A stretch of DNA of 64,000 nt from the NCBI GenBank assembly GCA_951406725.2, contig OX597824.1, forward strand, positions 26,784,001-26,848,000. Reading direction: 5' to 3'. Origin of the DNA: Octopus vulgaris. Its lineage: Eukaryota. The notes under the pieces were generated by a model. It made no database searches, was not told the DNA's origin, and saw only the letters and a program-made list of their open reading frames with translations. This document shows, one piece after another, positions 12,387 to 25,651 of this stretch. Position numbers and translations under genes: made by a program. The number at the start of each line of letters is the position of its first letter. Positions within the stretch are counted from its first letter, which is position 1.

Positions 12387-12589
12387 TTGTGTGTCGTGTT
12401 TGTCCCCCTAGCATTGCTTGACAACCGATGCTGGTGTGTTTACGTCCCCGTCACTTAGCGGTTCGGCAAAAGAGACCGATAGAATAAGTACTGGGCTTAC
12501 AAAGAATAAGTCCCGGGGTCGATTTGCTCGACTAAAAGGCGGTGCTCCAGCATGGCCGCAGTCAAATGACTGAAACAAGTAAAAGAGTA
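12164..12589 (+). mobile_element. SINE family A copy
   Basis: Head gagtggttgtgtggtaagtagcttgc; tail ggcggtgctccagcatggccgcagtcaaatgactgaaacaagtaaaagagta. Confidence 0.8.
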
Positions 12590-12743
12590 TATCGTGTGGA
12601 TGTATGCATGTATGTGTGTGTGTTTGTATATATGTGTGTCTGTGAGAGCGTGTGCGTGTGTGCATGCGTGTGCGCGCGCGTCACGTGTGTGTATAATTTC
12701 AACCTAATAATCAAGAATTCCCTCTCATATTTCTTTCTTACTA

Positions 12744-12790
<47 letters not shown>

Positions 12791-12968
12791 TCTATGCATG
12801 TGTATATATCTATCATATATATACATACATATATATATATATGTAAATATACAAGCATATACGTTTGTATATGTAAATGTACACGATGCAAGAAATATGA
12901 TATATATATATATATATGTGTGTATTTATATATATATCTATATACATATATGTGTGTGTGTGTGTGTG

Positions 12969-13005
<37 letters not shown>

Positions 13006-13663
13006 GTATATGTATGTGTATATATCTATGATATATATACCTAAACAAACATATGTATGTATATATACATGCACACGATGCAAGATATATGATATATATG
13101 TGTATATATATTTATATGTATATATATATATATATGCATCTATGTATGTGTATACATGTATCAAATACATATATTATGCACATAAATAAATATATATGTG
13201 TGTGTGTGTATATGTGCACGATGCAAGATATATGATATATGTAGGTCTATGTATGTGTACGTGTGTGTGCCTGTGTGTCTATACAGCGGTATACATACAC
13301 ACACATAGACACACACACACACACATATGTGCATACACTTAGATAAAGATGTGGTTAAGCGGTTACAAATTCCCATTGTAAACCACCAGACACCTGGATC
13401 GATCGCGCTGCATGCCCTCTTCGCGTTCACCTAGATCTTGTGCGTGAGAAACGACATTGTCAGAAAGTACATAAAAGCACCTCAGGTTGATTGTAGCTGT
13501 AAGTCTCAGGGTCCAGACCTGTGATACACTGTATCAACTGATTCTGCCAGAGAATGATGTGAAGAGAACGCATATTATCCTAATGTTCAGTCATTCCTAT
13601 GTTAATTCAGGAGGAGATAATCACGGTGATCCAACTACTCAGTTGTGATCATCCAACGTATAC

Positions 13664-13734
<71 letters not shown>

Positions 13735-13774
13735 TATATATATATTGGAAAGTTTGGAGATGATGTACAGGTAT

Positions 13775-14640
13775 TATATATTAGAAGAAATGAGGTAATC
13801 AGAAGATCGGATGGTTTATATTTACAGATATTTATTTATATATATATTACCTTTTTTACATATATATCATATCATTTAGATCATTAGTGCTTTCTCCCAT
13901 TCTAGTATTCGGAATGCTCACAGCAGCCATATTCCTACCACTCTATGTCACGCTGGTGAGACCCATATTGGAGTATGGGATTCAAGCCTCTTCTCCTTAT
14001 CTCCTCAAAGACATACAGCATCTCGAAAGAGTCCAGAAGCTGGCTACCCTCATGGTTCATGGTCTCAAAAATTTGTCCTACGAAGAAAGGCTGAGGACGC
14101 TCGACCTTTATTCTCTTGAAAAACGCCGCCGCCGTGGTGATCTCATTCTCGCCCACAACATCATAAGCGGAAAGTGTAAACTCTCGAAAGAGCTGTTCTT
14201 CACTCCTGCTCCAGAGCGTCGGCTGCGGGGTCATTCCGAAGAGCTCTACCTGCGACGATTTCATCTCAATCGAAGGAGAGGAGCTTTCTCCGTCCGGGTT
14301 GCGGATCCGTGGAACAAGCTGCCAGACGAGATGGTGAAGATTCCGACGACCGCTTTGTTCAAAGCCTCCCTTGACCTCAAGTGGCCTGAACTCTTTACAT
14401 GAATACCACCCTGTACTTAACTCCATGTCCCCCTACATGGCCTTGCTATTTGCTTTTGAGCCAAATTAACTAACTAACTAACTAACTAACATAGTGGGGT
14501 TTTTTTTTTGATTTGAAAACCTCACTAGAATGGGAGAAAGCGCTAATGATCTAAATGATATGATATATATGTAAAAAATGTAATATATATATAAATAAAT
14601 ATCTGTACATATAAACCATTACCTCATTTCTTCTAATATA
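13775..14640. mobile_element. Palindromic foldback/MITE-like element interrupted by a LINE
   Basis: 13775-13906 and 14524-14640 are long inverted repeats; the hairpin centre tagtggggtttt...aaaacctcacta lies at 14492-14527. Confidence 0.65.
13907..14491 (+). mobile_element. 5'-truncated CR1-group LINE (RT C-terminus plus 3' UTR with (AACT)n tail)
   Basis: LYVTLVRPILEYG...LERVQKLAT...LSYEERLRTLDLYSLEKRRRRGDLI...WNKLP is a typical CR1 RT C-terminal region; stop at 14402; (aact)n tail; tagt on both sides (13903-13906, 14492-14495). Confidence 0.9.
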
Positions 14641-14645
14641 TATAT

Positions 14646-14696
<51 letters not shown>

Positions 14697-14752
14697 TATG
14701 TATGTATATATATATATAATATATATAATATATATAATATATATAATATGTT

Positions 14753-14788
<36 letters not shown>

Positions 14789-14834
14789 AATGAATATACA
14801 TATGAACGCATATATATATGTATATATACATACA

Positions 14835-14878
<44 letters not shown>

Positions 14879-14929
14879 CATGTATGAATGTATATATATA
14901 TATATATATATATATATGCGTGTGTGTGT

Positions 14930-15139
14930 TTGTGTGTCTGTGTTTGCCCCTCTAGCATTGCTTGACAACCGATGCCGGTGTGCTTATGTCCCCGTTACAT
15001 AGCGGTTCGGCAAAAAAGACCGATAGAATAAGTACTGGGCTTACAAAAGAATAAGTCCCGGGGTCGAGTTGCTCGATTAAAGGCGGTGCTCTAGCATAGC
15101 CGCAGTCAAATGACTGAAACAAGTAAAAGAGTAAAAGAG

Positions 15140-15140
<1 letters not shown>
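14930..15140 (+). mobile_element. SINE family A, 3' half
   Basis: gcattgcttgacaaccgatgc through gactgaaacaagtaaaagagtaaaagagt. Confidence 0.75.
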
Positions 15141-15174
<34 letters not shown>

Positions 15175-15415
15175 ACTGATATATGTGTGCGTATGTCTGT
15201 ATGTGTGTGTCCATGTGCTTGCATCTGTGTGTGTGAGTAAAGCCTTCGACTATTTTCTATCCAAAGGCTTGTATTTGAATACTTGCACGCTATTATTTAT
15301 AGCTTTATCTGCTTCAAGTTTCTCCGTTCAAAAAATAAATACTTTAATTTCCTCTTTCTCTCGAAGATTAATATTCCTTTGATGTCATAAATCTCTCTAT
15401 TTACCTGTCTATCTG

Positions 15416-15446
<31 letters not shown>

Positions 15447-15941
15447 TCACACCCGCGCGCACACACACAAACACACACACAACTTTTTAACTTTTTAACG
15501 GTGGAACTCGAAGTAGATAAATACCTAGCTAATATTTAAAATCTGTTTTTGGTGCTCGAAGAGACCGCTCCTTCCGTAAATACGGCAGACGTTCTACCAT
15601 CGGACTAAAGTAATCCTCCGAATATATCCATCTATTAAATTACTATTTTTAAATCTCAGAAACAGTACTTTGTAATAAAGATTGTTTGCCAACATAACAT
15701 GGCAGTCCCGGTCTAGGACGAATGCTGCTGTAATTTAGCCCCAGGAGATATCGTCTCCAGCTGTCTATACGACACGATGTGTGTCCTTACATTTTCGAAC
15801 AAGGGAATATAGCACCCCCCACTCAGCTCAAAACAATATCCATGTTATTTTGGCAATCTATACTACAAATATCCATCTATGTTAGGAATTTTGTTCTTAC
15901 CAGCGAGAATTATATGTTCCTGATGTCATAAGAATGAAAGA

Positions 15942-16328
15942 GTGGAGGTGCAATGGTCCAGTGGTTAGGGCAGCGGACTCGCGGTCATAGGATCGCCGTT
16001 TCGATTCCCAGACCGGGCGTTGTGAGTGTTTATTGAGCGAAAACACCTAAAAGCTCCACGAGGCTCCGGCAGGGGATGGTGGTGATCCCTGCTGTACTCT
16101 TTCACCATAACTTTCTCTCACTCTTACTTCCTGTTTATGTTGTACCTGTATTTCAAGGGGCCGGCCTTGACACTCTCTGTGTCACGCTGAATATCCCCGA
16201 GAACTACGTTAAGGGTGCACGTGTCTGTGGAGTGCTCAGCCACTTACACGTTAATTTCACGAGCAGGCTGTTCCGTTGATTCGGATCAACCGGAACCCTC
16301 ATCGTCGTAACCGACGGAGTGCTTCCAC
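15942..16328 (+). mobile_element. SINE family C (tRNA-derived), full length with 12-bp TSD
   Basis: A-box-like tggtccagtggttagg and B-box-like gtttcgattccc; TSD aagaatgaaaga at 15930-15941 and 16329-16340. Confidence 0.88.
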
Positions 16329-16591
16329 AAGAATGAAAGAAACTGCTAGAGAATGAATTAAATCGTCTTTAACGGAAGAACTCGAAGTAGATAAAGCTAA
16401 AATTAATAGCGTTTAAAAATCTTTGGCTGGAAAATTTGAAAGCTGCTCTTGGGACTCGAATCCAAATTTCGGTAAACTACTTACCTATAACTTTCTTCCT
16501 CTCTCTTGTTATCCTCCCGTTCTCTGTACCTCTTTCTCTCTCCCTCTATCTAATCAATTTATCTATGTACCAATCTCTGTGTGTGTGTGTG

Positions 16592-16667
<76 letters not shown>

Positions 16668-16962
16668 ACTATTTGTCTGTCTGCCTGCCTGCCTGCCTGT
16701 CTGTCTATCTATGTATCTGTCTGTGTGTCTGTCTACCTGCTGTCTATGTATGTATGTATGTATGTATGTATGTATGTATGTATGCATATATGCATGCATG
16801 TATGCATGCATGTATGTATGCATGTATGTATGTAGGTATTTATGTACGTATGTATGTATGTATGTATGTATGCATTGTATGTATCTGCCTGTCTGTCTGT
16901 CTATCTATATAACTATCTATCTATCTATCCGTCTGTCAGTCTGTCTATCATTCTATCAGCAT

Positions 16963-16997
<35 letters not shown>

Positions 16998-17344
16998 CCC
17001 TTCTGTTACCCTTATATTTCTCTTCTTCGAATCCCTCCTCCCTCTAACGCTCTCTACCTACAACCACTTACCTCCCCTTCCTTCACACCTTGCTCTCCCA
17101 TTTTAACGGAAACCAAAATCACCCAATGACGGCACCTCTGAATTTTTACATTTCTACCCGTATCACTTTCACTTCCGTACATCTTTTTCAGTCTCCCGCT
17201 TTCCACAACTCTCACCTCTCACCGTCGCCCTCACCGTCTTTTCTCACCGTCTTTTTATTACTGTTTTTATAAGATGTTATCATCATTGCTGTCTTTGTTT
17301 AGGCTTTTCATTCAGGTTGCTGTAGCCGTCGTCTCCCGATACCT

Positions 17345-17933
17345 CAATCGCCGCCATCGCCGCCATCGCCGCCATCGCCGCCATCGCCGCCATCGCCACC
17401 GCCGCCGTCGTCGTCGTTGTCGTCATCAATGTCATGATTATCGTCACCACCACCTCAACTACCACCACCACCACCACCACCACCACCACCACCACCACCA
17501 CCACTATCATCATCGTCATTGCTGTTGTCATCGTCGTCGTCGTCGTCCCCCTCCTCCTCCTCATCATCATCATCAGCATCGTCGTCATCATCATGATAGT
17601 TCGTGATTGTCATCTCCTTCGCTTCCTTCGCTTCCTCCGCCTCCTACTCGTCCGCCAGCCCATCATTGTTATCAGCAGTATCCTTATCCTCCACATTTAC
17701 ATTAATAACCCAACCACCACCACCACCACCACCACCACCACCTCCACCATCATCATCATCATCATCATCATCACCACCACCATCACCATCATCACCACCA
17801 TCATCATCATCACCATCATCATCATCACCACCACCATCACCACCATCATCATCATCACCACCATCATCATCATCATCATCATCACCATCATCATCATCAC
17901 CACCACCATCACCACCATCAGCATCATCACCAC

Positions 17934-17971
<38 letters not shown>

Positions 17972-18017
17972 CCACCACCATCACCACCATCATCATCATC
18001 ATCATCACCACCATCAC

Positions 18018-18072
<55 letters not shown>

Positions 18073-18212
18073 TCACCGCTATCAATCACATCATTGTCCA
18101 GACAACACCAACGCTATCACCGTCAGCATCGTCACCACCTTACGCGATTTCCATGACAATCGTCAACAGCACCGTCAAAACCACCACCACCACCACCACC
18201 ACCACCACCACC

Positions 18213-18267
<55 letters not shown>

Positions 18268-18290
18268 CGACAACGACAACAACAACAACT
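17345..18290. repeat. Compound trinucleotide array (CAT/CAC/CGC/AAC)
   Basis: Long cat/cac/aac runs that produce spurious poly-H/T/I/S ORFs. Confidence 0.9.
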
Positions 18291-18551
18291 GCAAAACCAT
18301 CGACCTCTTCATTATATCTTGTTAATTCTCTTAATTAAATATCAATGACCCTCAGGTTCGTATTTAATGTTTGTTCCTCCTCTTTCGTACATTGTCCATT
18401 TATGGATGAGATTGTGCGTGGGTGTGTATTTCCTCGCTTGTATTTAACTGCGCTTGTGTTTGTGCATGTGTGCGTTCTGTCTTTACTCGTGAGCGTCACG
18501 TTTCCGAATTGATGTATGCGTGTGGACATTAATGTAACTATATTAGCACTA

Positions 18552-18784
18552 TAAGGCGGCGAGCTGGCAGAAACGTTAGCACACCCGGCGAAATGCTTAG
18601 CGGTATTTCGTCTGCCGCTACGTTCTGAGTTCAAATTCCGCCGAGGTCGACTTTGCCTTTCATCCTTTCGGGGTCGATAAATAAAGTACCAGTTACGCAC
18701 TGGGGTCGATGTAATCGACTTAATACCTATGTCTGTCCTTGTTTGTCCTCTCTGTGTTTAGCCCCTTGTGGGTAGTAAAGAAAT
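18552..18784 (+). mobile_element. SINE family B copy
   Basis: Near-identical to 369-600. Confidence 0.82.
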
Positions 18785-18838
18785 ATATATTAGCACGAGA
18801 TTCAGCGCATGTACATAAGTGTGTACACGAGGGTAGGA

Positions 18839-19233
18839 GGCGTAGGAGTGGCTGTGTGGTAAGTAGCTTGCTTACGAACTACATGGTTCCGGGTTCAGTC
18901 CCACTACGTGACATCTTGGGCAAATGTTTTCTACTATAGCCTCGGACCAACCAAAGCCTTGTGAGTTGATTTGGTAGACGGAAACTGAAAGAAGCCCGTC
19001 GTATGTATATATATATAGATAGATAGTATGTGTGTGTATATGTTTGTTTGTCTGTGTTTGTCCCCCCAACATCGCTTGACAACCGATGCTGGTGTGTTTA
19101 CGTCCCTGGAACTTAGCGGTTCTGCAAAAGACACCGAGAGAATAAGTACTAAGCTTACAAAGAATAAGTCTTGCGGTCGATGTGCTCGACTAAAGGCTGT
19201 GCTCCAGCATGGCCACAGTCAAATGACTGAAAC
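18839..19233 (+). mobile_element. SINE family A copy, full length
   Basis: ggcgtaggagtggctgtgtggtaag head through cagtcaaatgactgaaaca tail. Confidence 0.82.
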
Positions 19234-19284
19234 AATTAGAAGAGGGTGTTTCTGTGTGTATGCAAAAATGAGTGCATTGTGTGT

Positions 19285-19335
<51 letters not shown>

Positions 19336-20244
19336 CTACTCGAGCAGGCCAACAATCCCTCTGGTCAGAAAGCCAGTCCGTTATAGAGTTAGCTATTTCC
19401 AGGTGCGTGGACTGGACCAACGTTAAATGAAGTGCTTTTCATCAACTTACCCACTCAGTCTTTCTCTTCAGATTAAGAACTATAATGTCAGAAAGTTGTT
19501 CTATAAACGAACAATCATGTGTGTTTTCTGCGATGATTTAATGAGCGGTGCCGAGATTTACAATATACATCCAACTTTATAATGTGCTCATAATGTGTGT
19601 TTGTGTGTGTGTGTACCCGGTCCCATCAGTGTTCGTTTGTTACGTCTCCGAAAGCTAGTAGTTCGGTAACAAGGACGGATGGAATAAGTATCAGACGTCA
19701 AAAGTATGGAGTGAGATCGATCTGTTCAGCTAATATGGCCGCAGTGTAATGCTTAAAGCAATTATAACTTAATAGATTAATGACTTCTGTGAAAACAACA
19801 GATACAACGACTACTAAAAGAGCATCAACAACCAGTACAACAACAACAACATTTCCACCAGCAACAAAAAAGAATAATAGAACAAAAAAACAAAAACAAA
19901 AAAACAAAACAATGAGCAATTACAATTAACAACGCCATCAACGTCGATAGCAGACAATTATATAAAATAAAGAATTACGTAAAGATGAGCCGTAGATGTA
20001 CGGTCGTTTCAAAACTAGAAATGGAAATTGAAAGCATAGAAGGAAAACGAAGCAGTTGACACACGCGAGCGCGCACACCCACCACACCCCATACGTTCAC
20101 CGCCCCACACAAATGTGTGTGCGTTCGTGCATGTGTTTGTGTACATATACACTAGCATGTGTGGATGTCCACTCGAACACTCCATAAACATAAAGCAGAG
20201 ATAAAAAGAATGAGAGGAAAACCAAGGAATAGATATGGAAATAC

Positions 20245-20305
<61 letters not shown>

Positions 20306-20744
20306 ATATATGTATATACACACGCACCCACCCACACACATTTGTATTATATATATAATAAAATTATAAATGAATAATTATAAGAAATTTAGCGAACAAA
20401 TTAGTAGTGATAATGTGTGCATATGTGTAAATATATATGTGTGTGTGTAAATAAATGTGTGAATATATGTATGTATGTGTGTGTATGTCTGTATGTGTGT
20501 GTCTATGGGTATCTGTGTGTATGCGCACATGCACACATACACACACATTCATACATAAATGGCTAAGGAAGTCAATATGCAAATAAATAAATAATAAAAA
20601 TAACAAAATACAAATATATTCATAAATAAAAAATATAAGTACGTGAATAACTATCAATAAAGGTATACGTACATACATATGTCTCTCTCTCTCTCTCTCT
20701 CTCACTCTGTATATATATATATATATACATACATACATACATAC

Positions 20745-20794
<50 letters not shown>

Positions 20795-20967
20795 CGCAAG
20801 ACAATGCGTAAATAATAGATGGACAAATAAATAGACAATAGAAATAAATATAAATTTAATATAAATGAGCATCAAAATTGTGGAAATGAAGCAAAATATA
20901 ATAAACAAAAGTTACAGGAAAACGGAAACTGGCGGAAGAGAGATGGGAAAATATAAATATAAAACTA

Positions 20968-21018
<51 letters not shown>

Positions 21019-21558
21019 TAATAATAATAATAATCATAATAGCAATAATAATAATAATAATAATAATAATATCAATAATAAAAGAAACGGCAGCGTTTGG
21101 CTGGTTAAGAGTAGCTAAGCGTAGACCTTTTGAATGATATTAGCCTCTGTCAAATATTGTTTTTATTATCTATATTATTAATGTTTTCAATGCTATTGAG
21201 ACACGTATAGTTTAACTCGGAGCTTCTAATGGGAGTGAAGTGCATTGGGGGAGTCTATTGTTGGTTTAGTGTTCGAGTAGTGGTTGGGAGAGTAAGATCA
21301 TTGCTCCTGTTGAAAAGATACTTCGGCGACATTTTGCCGCCAGTTCTCATTTATTTCGGCCATCTTGTTTATATAATTATTTTTCTATTTGTTTTATTTT
21401 GATTTTAGTTTTGGATTTCGTTTCTTTTCATTTTTTTTTTATTTGTGTTCAGTTTCTCAGTTTTTTTTTCCTTATGCATTTTTGTTCATTCTTAAATTTA
21501 TTTCGCCTTATTGTTTTTCTGTTTACTTTCCTCCTTCGTTTAGTGTGTATATGTATGC

Positions 21559-21605
<47 letters not shown>

Positions 21606-21756
21606 TATATATATATACATACATATATATATACATATATATATATGTGTGTGTGTGTGCGTGTGCAAATATATATATATATATATGCATACACGTACAA
21701 ATATCTATAGATATACATGGATGTATATATAGATATATATGTATGCATATATATAA

Positions 21757-21801
<45 letters not shown>

Positions 21802-22079
21802 ATGTATGTACTTATACATGCATATATATGCATGTATAAGTGTGTGTGCGTTTGTATGTATGTATCTATATATACATATATGTATGTGTGTGTGCATATG
21901 TGTGTGTGTGTGTTTGTGCATGCTCGCGTGTGGTGGAAGGGATATTTTTTAATGTTTGTAAATTGTCTTTTATTTTTTTATTGTTTAAACGTTTGTCACA
22001 TCTAAACCAGAACTAAAATAGTGGTAAGGTGGGTATCTTTGTTTTATTGTCTTTTATTATCATTCATTTTCTGGTAGCT

Positions 22080-23190
22080 GTGGTAAGGTGCCGTTGGAGT
22101 GACGATGGTGGTGGCCGCAGTTGGATTTAGTGGCGCTTACCGTAGTGGAGGTGGTTGTGCTGGAAAGGACAGGTGTTGATTGGAGGAGGAAATGGTGTTG
22201 ATGGTGTTGATGGTAGTAATGGTGTTGGTGATGGTGGTAGTGGCTGTAGTGGTGGTGGTGACAGGGTTGGTTTTGGTCGTTGTTGTTGTAGTGGTGGTGG
22301 TGACTTTGTCCATGGTGGTGGTGATGATGGTGCTCTCGTTGTTGTGATAGTGATAATGGTTGTGGTGGGTGGTAATCGTCGCTGGTAGTTGTTGTAGTGG
22401 TGGTTGTTTTTGTGGTAATGGTGGTGGTTGTGGTGATGGTTGTGTTAGTGGTGGTGATGGTTGATGTGATTGTGGTAGTTGTGGTGGTGGTGGTGGTGGC
22501 TGTGTTTTTGGTGGTCGTGCTGGTGGTGGAAATGGTTGTGATGGTGGTAGTTGTGTTTTTGGTGTTAGTGGTGGTTGTTTTGGTGTTTGTAGTGGTTATA
22601 GTGGTGTGCTGGTGTTGGTGGTTGTGTTGGTGATGGTGCTGGTTATGTTGTTGTTGGTGGTGGTTGTGCTGTTGGTGGTAGTGGTGGTTGAGCTGTTGGT
22701 GGTTGTGTTTATGGTGGTAGTGGCGGTTGAGCTGTTGGTGGTGGTCATTGTGGTTATGTTGTTGTTGTTGTTGTTGTTGTTGTTGATGGCGAGATGGTTG
22801 GTCTGTATTGTGTGATATAGTTTGGAACTGAAGTGAGGGTGGAGGAGGATACATCGGTTAACGAAAAAGAAATGATTAAGAGGCGGGGGGAGGGGGAAAT
22901 TCAGAGGAAGAAGAATACCAACAACAATAACAAAACAAATAAAGAAAAGAGGCTGTGACGAAGGCCATTAAGCAATAACAACAACAACAACAACAACAAC
23001 AACTACAATAAGAACGACAATAACAAGTACAATAACGACAATAGATACAACAACAGTAATAACAACAACCATAATAATAACGTTAGCAACAACAACGTTA
23101 ACAACAATATTTTACAATATTAACAACAACAACATAAAAAATAACAAGAATAATAACTGCAACAACGTTAACACGAACAATAAAAAGAAA
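22080..23190. repeat. Degenerate (GGT/GTT)n followed by (AAC)n low-complexity region
   Basis: Visible trinucleotide periodicity. Confidence 0.85.
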
Positions 23191-23459
23191 ACTGTTGGGA
23201 ATATAAAGATTGGAAAAGTTGTAGTAAGAGTGAGGGGGGTGAGTAGTCAATTAATAACAGAAAGAAAAAGAGAAAGGAAGAAGGAAAGAAGAAAGAAGTA
23301 AAGGAAAGAAAAATAAAGAAAGATGAGACGAAATGGAAACGATAAAAACAAACAAAAAATTGACAAGTAGGAAATGAGATGTTTGAAAGAAAATGTGAAA
23401 GAAATATTTTTGTTTTTTTTGGGTTTTTTTTTGTTAAAAAAAAGTTTTAGAGAGAATTA

Positions 23460-23990
23460 GAGAAAGAAATATTTTGGATAATGAAGAGAGAGAGAGAGAG
23501 AGAGGACGAAGAGGAAAAGAGGTGGAGATGTGGGGGAGAGTGGGAGGAAGAAAGGTGGGGGAGAGGAGAGGGAGAGGGAGAGATGGGGAGAGAGGGAGGA
23601 GGTAGGGAGTGAGGAAGGAGATGTGGAGTGAAAGAGGGGAGAGGTAGGGAGCGATAGACTAAGGTAAGGGAAGGAGGTGAGGAAGAGAACAGAGAGAGGG
23701 TGAGGGACAAAAAGAGAGGGATAGAGAGAAAGAAGGGGAGTGGGGTACAAAGAGAGACGGGTAGAAAAAGAGATAGAAAGAAAGAGAGGGAGAGAGAAAG
23801 GGGTAGAGAGAAGAGGAGAAAGATGGAACAAAGAGAGAGTGGCAGAAAGAGATAGTAAGAAAATGAGAGAGAGAGTGAGACGTAGAGCGAGAGAGAGGGA
23901 GAGAGAGAGTGAGACGTAGAGCGAGAGGGAGAGAGAGAGTGAGACGTAGAGTGAGAGAGAGAGAGAGAGAGAGAGACAGAGACAGAGAGA
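23460..23990. repeat. Polypurine (GA/GGA)-rich tract including a 28-bp tandem unit
   Basis: gagagagtgagacgtagag repeated three times at ~23870-23950. Confidence 0.85.
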
Positions 23991-24159
23991 TTTTGAGCAA
24001 CAGCTGTAGTAGTGACAATAATAATAAAAACAACAATATTTCAATCACACAACCTTTTTAGTTCTTTTAAAAATTCTTCACCATCCACAGCAACCATTCG
24101 CACCATTCTCACCATTTCACTTCATTCGATGACGAAATAACTTCTACTTGATCGCCCGA

Positions 24160-24800
24160 TTTTTACCAGAAACAACAGCCAAATCTCTCTTTTTCGAACC
24201 CGACTTTGTACTGTTATTTTGAAAAATAGGAAGGACACATTGGATGGTCATTTATGGATAGGTTTAGCTTTTTCTGTTTAGTCATAGGTTTACTAAACAA
24301 CATCACAATAAGCAAAAGCATCACAGGAAATTACCCTTAATTCTTATATAATTTCTTATAAAAGTGTACACATATGATAAAATTCGATGGTGAGGCATGG
24401 AAGGAAGTATTTGATTATTGTTTGCTAAACATCACTACTAAAATAGCAGTCATGCCACCCTCAAATCTTGAATGGTCCTCATGAAGCATTTTTTTCTTTA
24501 AAAGATTACTAAATAAAACGAATGCGTGGAATTTTCTCACGTGTTTTTTGTTCTGCAAGTAATAGCAGTCAAAAAACTCTCAAGGGAAGGACACATTGTA
24601 TGATTTCGAATTGGCCTCCACAAGACATTTTATCATAATAGGACTGTTAGATAACACAAATACTTTTCAAAATTGTCCCCTGCATGGCCATTCGATCTGC
24701 AAGCAATAGCAGGTAATTTTTTTCCTCAGATCACACTCTACTATTTTAAAAAGATGAAGAACGGATACGTGTTATTTTGAATGGTCCTTCACCGTTTCAA
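24160..24800 (+). repeat. Array of ancient degenerate copies of a ~130-bp repeat
   Basis: Recurring aatagcag(c/t)ca..ctca(a/g)at..gaaggacacattg motif at ~24172, 24442, 24560 and 24705, also ~25715; inverted relics near 8930-9000 and 35380-35410. Confidence 0.4.
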
Positions 24801-25133
24801 TCACTCATCCTTCGAAGTGGTTGAACAACCAATCTCAAACAGTCGAGATTTACCGTGGGGGTTGCACTATTCATCTTTTCGATCACTACAAAACTTAGCT
24901 CTCGGATCTCCGTTCGTGTGATTTTCCTGAGACACCATCTCACCATTGTACGCGAATCCGCCACAATGTTACCCATCTGCAGCTGAGTGGACTTGAGCAA
25001 CGTGAAAGGAAGAGTTTTACTAAAGAACGCAATGCAGAGTCGGCTTAGCAATCTAAAGCACGTCCTACCGATTGTTAGTGCATTACCCTAACTACCAGGC
25101 CACGATTATTCATCACAGAACTGCTAACCAGTT

Positions 25134-25651
25134 AAGGCGGCGAACTGGTAGAAGCGTTAACACGCCGAGTGAAATGCGTAGCCGTGCTTCGTCTGCCGTT
25201 ACGTTCTGAGTTCAAATTCCGCCGAGGTCGACTTTGCCTTTCATCCTTTCGGGGTCGATAAATTAAGTACCAGTTACGCACTGGGGTCGATATAGTCGAC
25301 TTAATCCGTGTGTCTGCCCTTGTTTGTCCCCTCTGTGTTTAGCCTCTTGTGGGTAGTAAAGAAATACGTTCTGTGTTCAAATTCCGCCGAGGTCGACTAA
25401 ATAGATACTAATAAGTAATAATCGGGGTCGATTATTATAAATAATGATGAATAAAATAAGAAAAATGAAAGAAAATATAATAATTACGAGTTTCGTTCGT
25501 AACTTAGGATGTTGCAATAGTTTGTGAATCTTTAAGAATAAATACATACAATACCAGTTACGCACTGGAGTCGATATAATGGACTTAATCCGTTTGTCTG
25601 TCCTTGTTTGTCCTCTCTGTGTTTAGACCCTTGTGGGCAATAAAGAAATAA
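25134..25651 (+). mobile_element. SINE family B tandem copies, the second interrupted by a templated insertion
   Basis: Two Nin-type cores; the second has ~120 foreign bp between ggggtcgat and taccagttacgcactg. Confidence 0.78.

Noticed and set aside
15942-16020. tRNA genes at SINE heads (also 30794, 41157, 48433)
   Set aside because: No complete cloverleaf or terminator; each is followed by SINE body sequence, with TSDs around the family C copies
21215-21370. YY1-like gccatctt with short minus-strand ORFs
   Set aside because: ORFs stop within about 25 codons, and a single motif is insufficient support
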